Shown here: in pieces, positions 10,463-20,735 of the stretch
Layout of the letters: each line of letters begins with the position of its first letter
Position numbering within the stretch: the first letter of the stretch is position 1
DNA from: a phage
Length of the DNA stretch: 64,000 bases
Sequence record: PZ445439.1
Direction: 5' to 3' (one strand)
The notes under the pieces: generated by a model
What the model was told of the DNA's origin: nothing
The model's database searches: none
Seen by the model: only the letters and a program-made list of their open reading frames with translations
Made by a program: the position numbers and the translations under genes

Positions 10463-12282
10463 TACTGGCTCATCCATTCTTTGCGAAGGTCAGCATTATC
10501 TCCCATGAGCATTTCAAAAAGCTCTTTCCAATTCTCAGGAAGTTTAACAACATCATATACTGGATTTTGAATCATCTCACGATATTCAGATTTTTCCAAA
10601 GAGCCAAGTCCCTTAATATAACGGATGCTATGTTTAGGTAGAGCATCTTTGGCACTCTCATATTCAGCGACTGTATAAAACCATTCTTGTTTTTTACCGA
10701 CCTGAGCGATGATTACAGGAGTTTTGACAAAGCGAATTCGCCCCTGTTCAAACAGTTCTGGCCAATTACTAAAAAATCCGAGCAGAGAAGGATAAATGCT
10801 TCCTAGACCATCATGGTCAGCATCAGTCATAATAGCAATATTACGATAATTCAAGTTTTCAGCTTTTTCACCAAGAACTAGACCAGTGATTGCGCAAATA
10901 TCAAACAGTTCTTTGTTTTTAAGCATATCGGCATATGACATACCCCAGCTATTAAGAACTTTACCACGCAACGGATAACCACCATGAAGTTCTTTATCGC
11001 GAACATCAATAAGATATCCAATAGCTGAATCGCCTTCGGTTAAGAACAACGTAGTGTCAGCATCTTTACCACAAAGATTCGCTTTAATATGTTTATGAAC
11101 CTTAGCTTTAGAAGCCTTTTTAGCTGCTTTAGTTTCTGCTGCTTTTTCTGCCGCCAATTTACGAGCTAATGCTGCTTCAATAATTGGCATTAAAATTGCT
11201 TCATTATTTAGAATAGCGCGTGAAATCTTTTTAGCATCAAGTTGAATATGACTACGGATTTCACCAAATGGAGAAGTCAAACGCTCTTTAGTTTGAGAAT
11301 CAAATCGCATGTTTTTCATATCACGAACAAACATAACGATAGTCAAACATTCTTTAACACGTGCTTTAGTCACATCAATTTTGAACTTACGTTTGATTTG
11401 TGGAATAAGGTCTTCACAAATATCATCCATAACACAATCAATGTGATGGCCACCATTCTTAGTGTGAATGTTATTCACGTAAGTTAATTGACGAAAACCA
11501 TCCGGTGAACGACCAACCGCAATAGAACAATTTTCTTGCTCTTGAACAATAGCATGCTCATCATATTGGCGTGCATATTTCTTAAAATTACCCTGAACCT
11601 TTTTACCATTAAAGGTAAATTGAATATCAGGATAAACTACAGCAAGTGTCTGGAGACGATCTAGTGTAATGTCAAGATAAACTTGGGACAGCTCATTAGT
11701 TTCAAATGACATAAAATCAGGAATGAAAGTAACACGAGTTCCTTTCCATTTTCCAGGAATATCTTCCCATGATTTATTTTCCATGCCATTTGAACAACGA
11801 ACTACAATATTATTTTGACCATCACCAGTTTCACCGACAAACATCACAGAAAAAATGTTTGTCAAACTAGAACCAACACCGTTCATACCACCAGTGACGC
11901 GTTCTTTATCATCACCAAAGTTACCGCCTGCTTTTGGAATAGTCCATGCAGCAACAGGACCAGGAATTTCTTCACCGGTAGGTGTTTTAACCATCGCTTG
12001 TGGAATACCACGACCATTATCTTCAACTGTTACTTGATTGTTTTTAATAGTAACATTAATTTTATTCGCGAATTTAAACTTAGTACGAATACCTTCATCG
12101 ACTGAGTTATCAATAATTTCATCAATAAGCTTAACAAGACCAGGTACATACTGAACACTTTCCCATTTACCAAACAGAAAGCGCTCATGCATTTCATTAG
12201 CTGAAGAGCCAATGTACATGCCACTACGCTTTTTGATATGTTCAATATCACTCAGAATTTTAATTTCATTCTTAATCATCAC
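10462..12282 (-). CDS. 39: DNA topoisomerase II large subunit, contiguous gene 39 (GyrB-like ATPase + Toprim; includes the part T4 encodes as gene 60)
   Basis: 606 aa; GHKL ATPase motifs (IDNSVDEG, VEDNGRGIP), Toprim and C-terminal region in one frame, no gap or split. Confidence 0.9.
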   Translation of the reverse strand: MMIKNEIKILSDIEHIKKRSGMYIGSSANEMHERFLFGKWESVQYVPGLVKLIDEIIDNSVDEGIRTKFKFANKINVTIKNNQVTVEDNGRGIPQAMVKTPTGEEIPGPVAAWTIPKAGGNFGDDKERVTGGMNGVGSSLTNIFSVMFVGETGDGQNNIVVRCSNGMENKSWEDIPGKWKGTRVTFIPDFMSFETNELSQVYLDITLDRLQTLAVVYPDIQFTFNGKKVQGNFKKYARQYDEHAIVQEQENCSIAVGRSPDGFRQLTYVNNIHTKNGGHHIDCVMDDICEDLIPQIKRKFKIDVTKARVKECLTIVMFVRDMKNMRFDSQTKERLTSPFGEIRSHIQLDAKKISRAILNNEAILMPIIEAALARKLAAEKAAETKAAKKASKAKVHKHIKANLCGKDADTTLFLTEGDSAIGYLIDVRDKELHGGYPLRGKVLNSWGMSYADMLKNKELFDICAITGLVLGEKAENLNYRNIAIMTDADHDGLGSIYPSLLGFFSNWPELFEQGRIRFVKTPVIIAQVGKKQEWFYTVAEYESAKDALPKHSIRYIKGLGSLEKSEYREMIQNPVYDVVKLPENWKELFEMLMGDNADLRKEWMSQ

Positions 12283-12304
12283 TTATCCTCGTTTGGTTTC
12301 GGGA

Positions 12305-12333
12305 ATATTATACTCCGGTAATCATAAAGCTAA
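12305..12333 (-). promoter_or_regulatory. MotA-dependent middle promoter candidate for gene 39
   Basis: minus strand AGCTTTA (MotA-box-like) 12 nt upstream of TATAAT. Confidence 0.4.
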
Positions 12334-12334
12334 A

Positions 12335-12346
12335 GGCCCGAAGGCC
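12335..12346 (-). terminator. UUCG-tetraloop hairpin after lipoprotein ORF
   Basis: minus-strand GGCC-UUCG-GGCC flanked by A/U runs. Confidence 0.45.
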
Positions 12347-12348
12347 TT

Positions 12349-12621
12349 TTATTTAAAACGGATAGTCGAATCCTTGAAGAATAGACCAGAACACACAGTT
12401 CCTTCTACTTTCTGCCCGGTAGGTCCAATAGCACGAAATCCAGTATGTTGGAAATCATTTTCAGAGCAACCGAACCAGTTATATCCAGTGATTTCAATAT
12501 TAGTAAAACCGCTTGAAGACAAAACTTTAGTTGCATTATCAGCATCAGTACATCCTACTAAAGATACTGCTAATACTAATGCTGCGATAGAACGATTAAT
12601 ATATTTCATAATTTCACTCAA
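12349..12621 (-). CDS. putative lipoprotein
   Basis: 90 aa, signal peptide with lipobox-like LVGC. Confidence 0.4.
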   Translation of the reverse strand: MSEIMKYINRSIAALVLAVSLVGCTDADNATKVLSSSGFTNIEITGYNWFGCSENDFQHTGFRAIGPTGQKVEGTVCSGLFFKDSTIRFK

Positions 12622-12991
12622 ATTTAATGGCTTGAAGAAGACTAATAATTCTTAAACGGCTTCTTTCATCTTTAACTGTAAAAGAAAGAGGGTCGCCAGA
12701 TTTCATAGTAATAGTGCATTCAAAATCAAAATCTTCAGGAACTTCTTCGAAGAAGTCAAATTCTTCATCATAAATTAGAACATTACTCTGAAAACTGTGA
12801 AGAATTTTTCCATCATTTCCAGATGCTGTACTAATCATTGTAACATTATTACCTTTCATATCTTCAACGATAAATTCGCTTGTAGATATTACATTACTAA
12901 TAGAACCATTCCTATAAATAGCAGAAAATAGATATTTCTTTTCTTCGCCTTCGCGAATACGATACTTCTTACCGATTTTAAACATAATTAC

Positions 12992-13165
12992 CCTTTAAGT
13001 AAGTCGTAAAAACCGCCATTCACATGCTTAGGAGCAGAAGGCCGACGAGTAGACAGACGATGACATTTAGGGCAAACATCATTTTCTCGTTCAGAAATCT
13101 TTTTAATTTTTTCATATTCATGCCCGCAATCTTCGGATTGGCATTTATAATCATACATTGGCATA
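12992..13165 (-). CDS. FmdB-family-like zinc-ribbon protein (about 57 aa)
   Basis: translation MPMYDYKCQSEDCGHEYE...CPKCH fits the MPxYxYxC..CxxC zinc-ribbon pattern; below ORF-track cutoff. Confidence 0.4.
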
Positions 13166-14181
13166 ATTATTCCTTAAAGTGTACTTTCAACATCTGATAC
13201 AAGGACCATGCCTGTTCATTATTTTCAATAGTAACTTTCATGACAGGAAATTCTGTGAAATCTTCTATTTGTTCTTGCTCTTCCTGCTTTTGCTCTTCGG
13301 ACGCTTGATATGGATTTCCAACTTCGTCAAAGAACTCTGCTTCATTCGTGGAGAGCCAGATAAAGTTTTCATCAAGGATATCACCGCCTGTTGCGTATCC
13401 AACCGTGCCAGTAGATGTCACAATTTTAGTAGGACGACTGAGATGGTCAACATCTAAAATTTTAAAAGGTTCCATACCTAAACGTCGTGCGTAGATTCCG
13501 TTATCAATATGGTCTTTAATAAAAGCTTCTTGAGCTTGTTTATTTTTAAATTGATACCATTTATTAACTTCAAATCTAATAGCCATTAATAAATTTCCTT
13601 CCAGTAAGTTGTACCGTCTTCAGTGATTTCACGGAATACACCATAAATCGGTTGTTTATCACCAACCTTTTCATACACATAAACCGAAGTCAAGTGAGTA
13701 AACTTGATGGTGTGTTCCTTTTGAACTACTACCAAATCTGGATCGAATAATACATCTTCAAATTCGTCATTAGTGCAATTCTGAACAATTTTACGTTTCA
13801 TTACAATTTCCTCATTAATTGAACAGTGGAGCGATGCGTTTCAGAAGAGTAGCAGCACCTTTAGCGAATTTTACATCATGAAAAACAGTTTCTTCTTCCG
13901 TTACAACACGAGCTTTAATGTTTTCACAATCCCAATTTTTGCGAACAATCTTCAAAAGCTGCAGTAAATCTTTACATTCAGCAATATCGATAACACATCC
14001 ACGAGAATCTTCCATTATCGCACGATAACCGTAAGCCATACCATAATCATTGAAAGATTGCTCGATGATAATTAAATTTTCCATTTTATTCTCCAAGTTG
14101 TTTTCTGTATCAGTAGTTGATATTGATATAGTACCATAATCAACTACTGATGTATATAGTTTTATGAAAAAATTTTAAACT

Positions 14182-14673
14182 TTATGCATAGCGAGCTTTG
14201 CTATAGTGTTTAATCCAACTTTCAGGAATGACTTTGTATGTTCCTAAAAATACCGCGTTGTATAACTTAACGCCATCTTCTACCCATTGATCAGTAATGT
14301 ATGCACACATAGCGCGAGTACGGTTAACAACACCTTCCTCACCTTCAGTAAATTCAAACTCATAAGGAGCAACGAACTTAATAGCCTGACCGAGTTTCCA
14401 CTTAAAGTCTACACCTACATGCGAAGTATCAATCGTTTCAATTCCTTTAGCAGGAACAGCTTTCAAAAACGCAGATTCAAGAAATTTCGCACGAACATAG
14501 CCAAACTGAGGTTTAGACTTTCCATCTTTAGGAATGATACGCACTTTTACTTCAGAATCTTCATCTTTAACACCGTGTTTAAGCTGAATGCTTACAACTT
14601 CGACCAATTTTCCTGCCGCTTTAGAGCGGGATTTATCAGATACACGAGCTAATTCACCAATATTAATAATCAT
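14182..14673 (-). CDS. hypothetical protein, MotB-position (possible motB homolog)
   Basis: 163 aa (T4 MotB about 162 aa) at expected map position; early promoter upstream. Confidence 0.4.
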   Translation of the reverse strand: MIINIGELARVSDKSRSKAAGKLVEVVSIQLKHGVKDEDSEVKVRIIPKDGKSKPQFGYVRAKFLESAFLKAVPAKGIETIDTSHVGVDFKWKLGQAIKFVAPYEFEFTEGEEGVVNRTRAMCAYITDQWVEDGVKLYNAVFLGTYKVIPESWIKHYSKARYA

Positions 14674-14746
14674 AGTTATCTCTCACTTGTTAAAAAGATT
14701 TTATACTCCACGGGACCATTATACTCTGGTCCCAAGAGTTTGTAAA

Positions 14747-15184
14747 CTAGCTTACACGAACATTAATCACTGCGCTGCGAGGAACTACAGAGTACTCTCC
14801 AGCATGAACTACGTTCAGAAGTTCAACACCATCTTCAATCCACTGATCAGTCACCCATCCACCCACAGGATTCGCGAATGGACGACGAATATAAACTGCC
14901 TTACACAGTAGATCAGTTGGATCTTCAGGTTTTTCAATTTCTGTCAATAGACTAAAATCTTTTTCATAAATAATAAGCGGTGATACCATTCCATAATAGT
15001 TTCTAATTTCAATATACATCATACCGATAAGAATTCCGCTATTAACACTAATAACAGTAAAAGGATATCCGCCAGTTAAACCAAGAAGTTCACAAAACTT
15101 ATTATGAGCTGTATTAGACAGTACCGAAAAATTCTTAATTTCATCAAATTTTTTCAATTGATAAACAGCATTATTTTTAATCAT
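14747..15184 (-). CDS. hypothetical protein sharing a C-terminal module with 14182-14673
   Basis: C-terminus ...TDQWIEDGVELLNVV..YSVVP aligns with ...TDQWVEDGVKLYNAV..YKVIP of neighbour. Confidence 0.4.
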   Translation of the reverse strand: MIKNNAVYQLKKFDEIKNFSVLSNTAHNKFCELLGLTGGYPFTVISVNSGILIGMMYIEIRNYYGMVSPLIIYEKDFSLLTEIEKPEDPTDLLCKAVYIRRPFANPVGGWVTDQWIEDGVELLNVVHAGEYSVVPRSAVINVRVS

Positions 15185-15761
15185 AATTTTCTCTTTAATC
15201 TAAGGTAATAAAGCCTTTTAATTCGGCATGTGACTTGCGGAACATTACTTGATGCCCACCAATGATAACTTTATCTTCAGGTACTTCGTATACAGCGAGA
15301 TAAAATCCTTTAGAAGCTAATTCTTCACGCTCTTCTCGTGTGAACCATCTCATCATATCATATTCACTAGCAAAAGCAAAATGATAAAGAGCTATAAACC
15401 ATCCTGGAATATAGTGATCTACGCCTACATATTCTTCTTTCTCAAAATTAGTATTAATTGCTATATTAGCATTTTTAACTAATAGTTTGTCTTCGTGCGG
15501 AAGAGGAATTCTTTTATTATCATTACTATGATGCATAAAATTAGGTCTGTCATAACCTACGTGTAATAACCACTCTTCGCTCCATGAATCCATTATACTC
15601 CTGTACGGCGTTATTTGAACACAAAGATCTCGACGTATTGTTATAGCATCTTCATAATTAAGAATACTAAATGATGATTCAACACGATAAATTTTCATTT
15701 TATTATCCTCAGTAGCTATGGTGTTATAATACCACAACTAACCGAGGAAGTAAACAACTTT

Positions 15762-16445
15762 TTATCGTTTTGTTGGAAGAGATAGAGGATCGCACTCTTC
15801 CTCTGACGGAGCATCTTCAAGACCCATAGCATATCGCAAAGCATACTTCATCATCAGGATGTCTTTCGCACAATCATGAATAGAATCATGCGCAACGAAT
15901 CCATCTAAAGTTCCCTTTGGAAGAGGACATGTAGTCATATCACGAACAAGCAGAAGTGCTTCAATTCTGGTACGAATATCACGCTGATTCCAGAATTTAC
16001 AAGGTTCTAACTTAAACGTATCAAGCTCATTCTCAGAAACGCCATTAAGACGTTGAATATCGCGAATGAGATCGACTAAAATTGGAAAATCAAACGACAT
16101 TCCACGGCACCAACCTTGAGATTTCCAAGGATCGATATTATGTGCATTGATGTAATCGTTGAATTTTGCAATACCATCAATGGTGCTTACATCTTCATCG
16201 GATGGTGCAATATTTTTTCGAGCTTCAGGAGACTGATTTTTCCACCATTCGATAGTGCTTTTAGTAAAAAGACGATGTCCTTTTTGGCTTTTTAAATCAA
16301 ATTTGATTTTAATGCCACGTGAAACTAATTCATCAAATGTTTCAACAACTTCTGGGTTAGGGTCAAAGGCAATAACAGCCAAATCAATAACCGCTGCTTT
16401 TTCACCGCTTCCCATTGTTTCAAAATCTATAATAAAATCAAACAT
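15762..16445 (-). CDS. dexA: DexA 3'-5' exonuclease A
   Basis: 227 aa as in T4; DEDD-type exonuclease features (FETMG... acidic motifs). Confidence 0.8.
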   Translation of the reverse strand: MFDFIIDFETMGSGEKAAVIDLAVIAFDPNPEVVETFDELVSRGIKIKFDLKSQKGHRLFTKSTIEWWKNQSPEARKNIAPSDEDVSTIDGIAKFNDYINAHNIDPWKSQGWCRGMSFDFPILVDLIRDIQRLNGVSENELDTFKLEPCKFWNQRDIRTRIEALLLVRDMTTCPLPKGTLDGFVAHDSIHDCAKDILMMKYALRYAMGLEDAPSEEECDPLSLPTKR

Positions 16446-16687
16446 TAAATTTTCCTCGCTAAATCGCGAATTTGACCTACAGTATAATCTTGGATATAAA
16501 CTTTATTAATGGGCTCATCAATAAATTTTGCCATAGATTCAATATCTTTTTGTATCTCTTCAAGACTGTATACTATCTTTAAAGCTTTTTCGCGAATAGT
16601 AACATTATCAGGTCCTGGATTTTCCTCAATGACAGCTTTGACATTTGTCATAAGAGATTTAAACTGATGCAAACTTAATTCAATCAT
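16445..16687 (-). CDS. hypothetical small protein (dexA.1-like)
   Basis: 80 aa; paralogous to the adjacent 86-aa ORF (shared LEEIxxD and YxxGxI motifs). Confidence 0.4.
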   Translation of the reverse strand: MIELSLHQFKSLMTNVKAVIEENPGPDNVTIREKALKIVYSLEEIQKDIESMAKFIDEPINKVYIQDYTVGQIRDLARKI

Positions 16688-16940
16688 TAATAATCGCCTT
16701 ATAAAGATAGCTAATTTCGCCTAAAACATAATCATTAATTGTAACAGTTTTCACTTCACCGCAAAAGAATTCTAACGCAATTAAATCTCGTTCAATTTCT
16801 TCTAATTGAAGCATCAACTTACTAGATTCAATTTTTACAGTTTCACGATTTTTACCATGAGCAATTTCATAAATTTCGCTAACTTTATCCTGAAGAAGAT
16901 AAAACTGATCTTTAGTTATTTCCACGAATAGCTTCCTCAA
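16680..16940 (-). CDS. hypothetical small protein (dexA.2-like)
   Basis: 86 aa; tandem paralog of 16445-16687. Confidence 0.4.
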   Translation of the reverse strand: MRKLFVEITKDQFYLLQDKVSEIYEIAHGKNRETVKIESSKLMLQLEEIERDLIALEFFCGEVKTVTINDYVLGEISYLYKAIIND

Positions 16941-16946
16941 ATTTAA

Positions 16947-18266
16947 TCATACGTAAAACACATCATAACGACCACGAGTGACACCAACATAAAGAAGCTG
17001 CTGAGCTAATTCAGCATCTGCATAATGAATACAAGGCGTATAGATGAAAGCACGGTCTACAGACATACCCTGCGCTTTATGGAATGTTGATGCAGGAAGT
17101 GCTTTCACTTTACTAAACTGTGATTTAGCATCCCAAAAATCACTCCATGGAGCTTTTCCGCCTTTATTCCAATTTTTATAAGTTTCTGCGGTTTTACCTA
17201 AAAATAGGTTAAACTTATATAGCTCTTCATCGGATGAAATTATTTTAATCTTTTCACGATAATATTCATCATCGCCATAAGTTTCTACTGTTAAATCCCA
17301 ATGACGAATTAGATATTCTCCAGGAACACCACGAGCTTTAACAAAGGTTGATGTATACTCTGCTTCTATAATACGAACTAATTGTCCGTTATTAAAAATA
17401 ATTTCTGACACAGGCTTTCCATCAATTTTATATGTTTTAATTAATGGTTCCTGCATTACAATAATTTCACCGACAATAAAATCTTTATCAGTTTCAAAAA
17501 TCTTTTTACGAATAATGCTATTTAACTTGTCAACAGATTTATTCGTAAATGCCATTACGCGATTTTCAAACAAATCATCTAGTGATTTGACGATTGAAAA
17601 ATAATTTACCATAAAATCGCGTAAAGCGGTATCACCGGTAAATCCACGTACTCCATGACCGTCAACAACTTTATCATAAATCCACTTACCGTTACGAACG
17701 TCAGTAGCTACATCAATAATAGGAGCATTACTGCGTTTAACTTCAGTGAGTTCACACTGATAAAAATCTTTGTGTGTAAAGAATGGACTGATATAAGCAG
17801 TATTTTCTCCTGGGTCAACAGGTCTAATTTGCTTATTATCACCTATTCCAATTATAGTACACCAAGGTGGAATGGTTGAAAGCAGAATTTTAAATAGCTT
17901 TCTATCATACATTGACACTTCGTCGCAGATTAATACCCTGCATTTAGCTAAATCTGGTACTTCTTTTTGTTCAAAAAGAACGTTTTCTTCATATGTTACT
18001 GGGTTAATTTTGAGAATACTGTGAATAGTACTTGCTTCTTTCCCAGATAGTTTTGAAAGAATCTTTTTAGCTGCATGAGTAGGAGCTGCTAAAATAATAC
18101 CAGTTTCACCTGTAGATATTAGGGCTTCAATAATGAACTTAGTAAGAGTAGTCTTACCAGTACCAGCAGGTCCATTAATAGTTACATGGTGTTTCTTTTC
18201 TTTGATAGCCCTCATAACGATGTTAAAGGCATTTTTCTGGCCTTCGGTCAAATCATCAAATGTCAT
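16947..18266 (-). CDS. dda: Dda DNA helicase (SF1B)
   Basis: 439 aa as in T4; Walker A GPAGTGKT and SF1 helicase motifs. Confidence 0.9.
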   Translation of the reverse strand: MTFDDLTEGQKNAFNIVMRAIKEKKHHVTINGPAGTGKTTLTKFIIEALISTGETGIILAAPTHAAKKILSKLSGKEASTIHSILKINPVTYEENVLFEQKEVPDLAKCRVLICDEVSMYDRKLFKILLSTIPPWCTIIGIGDNKQIRPVDPGENTAYISPFFTHKDFYQCELTEVKRSNAPIIDVATDVRNGKWIYDKVVDGHGVRGFTGDTALRDFMVNYFSIVKSLDDLFENRVMAFTNKSVDKLNSIIRKKIFETDKDFIVGEIIVMQEPLIKTYKIDGKPVSEIIFNNGQLVRIIEAEYTSTFVKARGVPGEYLIRHWDLTVETYGDDEYYREKIKIISSDEELYKFNLFLGKTAETYKNWNKGGKAPWSDFWDAKSQFSKVKALPASTFHKAQGMSVDRAFIYTPCIHYADAELAQQLLYVGVTRGRYDVFYV

Positions 18267-18574
18267 CGTAAATTCCCTGCAATTGGTATACTAACAATAC
18301 GCCCAGTATCTAAAATTCGCTGATATAATCTTTGCGTGTCTACGTCAGGCTTAACATGTTTAACTTCTATTTTATTAAACCAAAACTTACGTGGAGTCTC
18401 AACTAATCTTGGAATTCCCTTACCTAAAGCTAGTCGATACTGCTCTTTAAGAGTAGTAAATACTTTATCAGCAATATTCCATTCAAAAAATACAGCAGGA
18501 CGATGTTCATCAAGTGGAACTGGCGCTGTAAATCCGTCTTTGTCTCGGTAAACTATCGCATATACATAAACCAT
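18263..18574 (-). CDS. hypothetical protein (dda.1 position)
   Basis: 103 aa, 4-nt overlap with dda start. Confidence 0.4.
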   Translation of the reverse strand: MVYVYAIVYRDKDGFTAPVPLDEHRPAVFFEWNIADKVFTTLKEQYRLALGKGIPRLVETPRKFWFNKIEVKHVKPDVDTQRLYQRILDTGRIVSIPIAGNLR

Positions 18575-18575
18575 A

Positions 18576-19322
18576 TTATCCTCGGATAAGTTTAAAAATT
18601 GAACAATTTAGCGGGTATCCTCTTTTCAGTTTAAGTTTATCAATAAAAGACAAATTTTGATACCGCTCTACACCTTGAATAATTTTATCACACATATCAT
18701 ATTGCATTTCTGCTTCTGACAGCTTTTTCACAATTTTCCAATCCGAGCCTTTAAGAAGAACGTTCAGTTTAACAACTTCAGCGCCTTCTGCTATGCGAGA
18801 ACCATCAATACGAGCTTTAAGTGCTATAATCCTTAGCTTAATGTCAGAGGTCTGTTTTGATTTAGAAAGCTGAGAAATGTGTTCAATTCGATTTTCACGT
18901 TTTTTCTGTATAGCTTTAATTTGATTATAAGTCTTTTTGATTTTAGCCCATTTCTTTTCATCTAAATTTAGTTTATGAACTTTTTTCGCAGATGAACGAC
19001 CAATTCGCAAAGCAAATAAATCCCGTTTTTCAATCAACTCTTCTAAAGTATAATCAGAACGAAATGTATTATACTTTTTCTTTACTGCAATAACATTCCC
19101 TTTAATATATCCAATGTTATTATCAAAACGTTCTAATGATAATTTCTCTCCTTCAATACGATTATCAAAAGGTTCTCCCGAGTAAGCACAAACTTTTTGA
19201 TCTAAAATGTTCTTAATGTAATTGAAGTCTAAGTTAAAATCTTTAGAACGTCTTTTAGCAGATGCCTGAGTGTGCTCTAAACGACGTTTAATTTTACGAA
19301 TTTGATTATTAGACAGTTTCAT
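18576..19322 (-). CDS. srd: Srd-like basic protein
   Basis: 248 aa, lysine-rich, map position between dda and modA as in T4; early promoter upstream. Confidence 0.5.
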   Translation of the reverse strand: MKLSNNQIRKIKRRLEHTQASAKRRSKDFNLDFNYIKNILDQKVCAYSGEPFDNRIEGEKLSLERFDNNIGYIKGNVIAVKKKYNTFRSDYTLEELIEKRDLFALRIGRSSAKKVHKLNLDEKKWAKIKKTYNQIKAIQKKRENRIEHISQLSKSKQTSDIKLRIIALKARIDGSRIAEGAEVVKLNVLLKGSDWKIVKKLSEAEMQYDMCDKIIQGVERYQNLSFIDKLKLKRGYPLNCSIFKLIRG

Positions 19323-19339
19323 ATTTTTCTCACATCTTA

Positions 19340-19392
19340 CGGACGATTGACTACTATACTATAACATTTTTACTTCAGATTGTAAACAACTT
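19340..19392 (-). promoter_or_regulatory. early promoter upstream of srd
   Basis: minus strand GTTTAC, 18 nt, TATAGT. Confidence 0.5.
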
Positions 19393-19400
19393 TATGCAAA

Positions 19401-19427
19401 AATGCTTTAAAACTTTCGTGGTATAAT
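19401..19427 (+). promoter_or_regulatory. plus-strand middle-promoter-like element (MotA box + extended -10), antisense to modA
   Basis: plus strand AATGCTTTA, 12-nt spacer, TGG-TATAAT. Confidence 0.35.
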
Positions 19428-19444
19428 GAATCTAAGTCCTTCCA

Positions 19445-20047
19445 TTATAGATTAAATCCTTCAAAATCAAGAGTATAGATAGTATATGTTGAATACTTTT
19501 TATACTCATATCTATCTGCAATTCTAAATACACTTCCAGCTGGTATCATTACTTCTTGTTCATCTGAAACTAATTCCATATTACGATAACGATGGCTATC
19601 CGGAAACTTAAAGTTTGGATTGTATTCTTTACAGCGTAGAGCTTTTATGGCATACTCCTGGAAATTGAATACCATAGGAGCTTTGAATTCAAAAATAACC
19701 TGTGTGTTATACTCTAAACCGGAAGCAAAATGTAGAGCTATATTTTTATCATATGAAGCTGATACGACTTTATCAAATGTAATAATATCAATTCCTTGAT
19801 TTAACACCTGCTTAGTCTCAGCTGGAACACCTCTCCAAAGAGGTTTATCGTTTGGAACCAAACGAGATTTGATTATTTCATTTAACCAAGTATGGTCATC
19901 TGGTTTGTTGGTAATACAATGAATTAAAAGTTCAATTTCAGATAAATTAAACCCTTCAGAAAGTAATTCTTCACGAATAGAAGCACGCACCGATGCATCC
20001 ATTGATTTTATTTTAAAATCTTTTAGTTGCATTACTGAGTATTTCAT
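19445..20047 (-). CDS. modA: ModA ADP-ribosyltransferase
   Basis: 200 aa as in T4 ModA, adjacent and paralogous to modB. Confidence 0.8.
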   Translation of the reverse strand: MKYSVMQLKDFKIKSMDASVRASIREELLSEGFNLSEIELLIHCITNKPDDHTWLNEIIKSRLVPNDKPLWRGVPAETKQVLNQGIDIITFDKVVSASYDKNIALHFASGLEYNTQVIFEFKAPMVFNFQEYAIKALRCKEYNPNFKFPDSHRYRNMELVSDEQEVMIPAGSVFRIADRYEYKKYSTYTIYTLDFEGFNL

Positions 20048-20667
20048 TCAACTACCTCAATATCATAAACTTTAAATGTTCCAAATGAATCGTGTAATTT
20101 TTCTTTTGAAATAGAAGTTATTCTATACTTTCCAATTGGAATCATCCATTCCTGTTCACGCACAATCATCATTAAGTTATCAGTACGCTCTGAATCTAGC
20201 CCATCAGTATCTTCATACGTATACTTAAACTCAGTATTAGGAGAAGAAAGTATAATATCGCTGATATGGTCAGAATAATTAAAAGCTTTATCAGTTTTTA
20301 AGCGAAGTATTATTTTAGTAAAATATTCAGCATAAGAAAAAGAACATGCTGTGAGCAAACTAGTAGTAAATGAATCTACTCTATTCGTTGAAAACACTTC
20401 TCCAACTTGTAAATCTTTAATAAGTTCTTCTGTTGATTTTGATATACCACGATATAACTGATAAGGCGATTTAGTTAAATGCTTTTTAACGATTTTATTC
20501 AACTGCTGATGAAGAGCTTCATTCTTTTTAGCTTCCATACATTGCCAAAGAATTGACTGCTCAAAGTCAGTAAATTTTTCACAGACTTTTTTATACATAT
20601 CATATTGAAAATCAACGCTTTCAGCTTTTATAGATAACTGTTCAACATCTGCAAGATTAATAATCAT
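20044..20667 (-). CDS. modB: ModB ADP-ribosyltransferase
   Basis: 207 aa as in T4 ModB; 4-nt overlap with modA; early promoter upstream. Confidence 0.8.
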   Translation of the reverse strand: MIINLADVEQLSIKAESVDFQYDMYKKVCEKFTDFEQSILWQCMEAKKNEALHQQLNKIVKKHLTKSPYQLYRGISKSTEELIKDLQVGEVFSTNRVDSFTTSLLTACSFSYAEYFTKIILRLKTDKAFNYSDHISDIILSSPNTEFKYTYEDTDGLDSERTDNLMMIVREQEWMIPIGKYRITSISKEKLHDSFGTFKVYDIEVVE

Positions 20668-20694
20668 GATAGCCTCCGTATACTTCAGAAGCTA

Positions 20695-20735
20695 TCATAT
20701 CATTGTTAGGAAGGAAAGTAAACAACTTTTTGAAT
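20695..20735 (-). promoter_or_regulatory. early promoter upstream of modB
   Basis: minus strand GTTTAC ... TATGAT. Confidence 0.45.

Noticed and set aside
10462-12282. Looked for a gene-60-type translational bypass or an inserted endonuclease within the topoisomerase gene
   Set aside because: The ORF is continuous at 606 aa with no gap; nothing supports a bypass here
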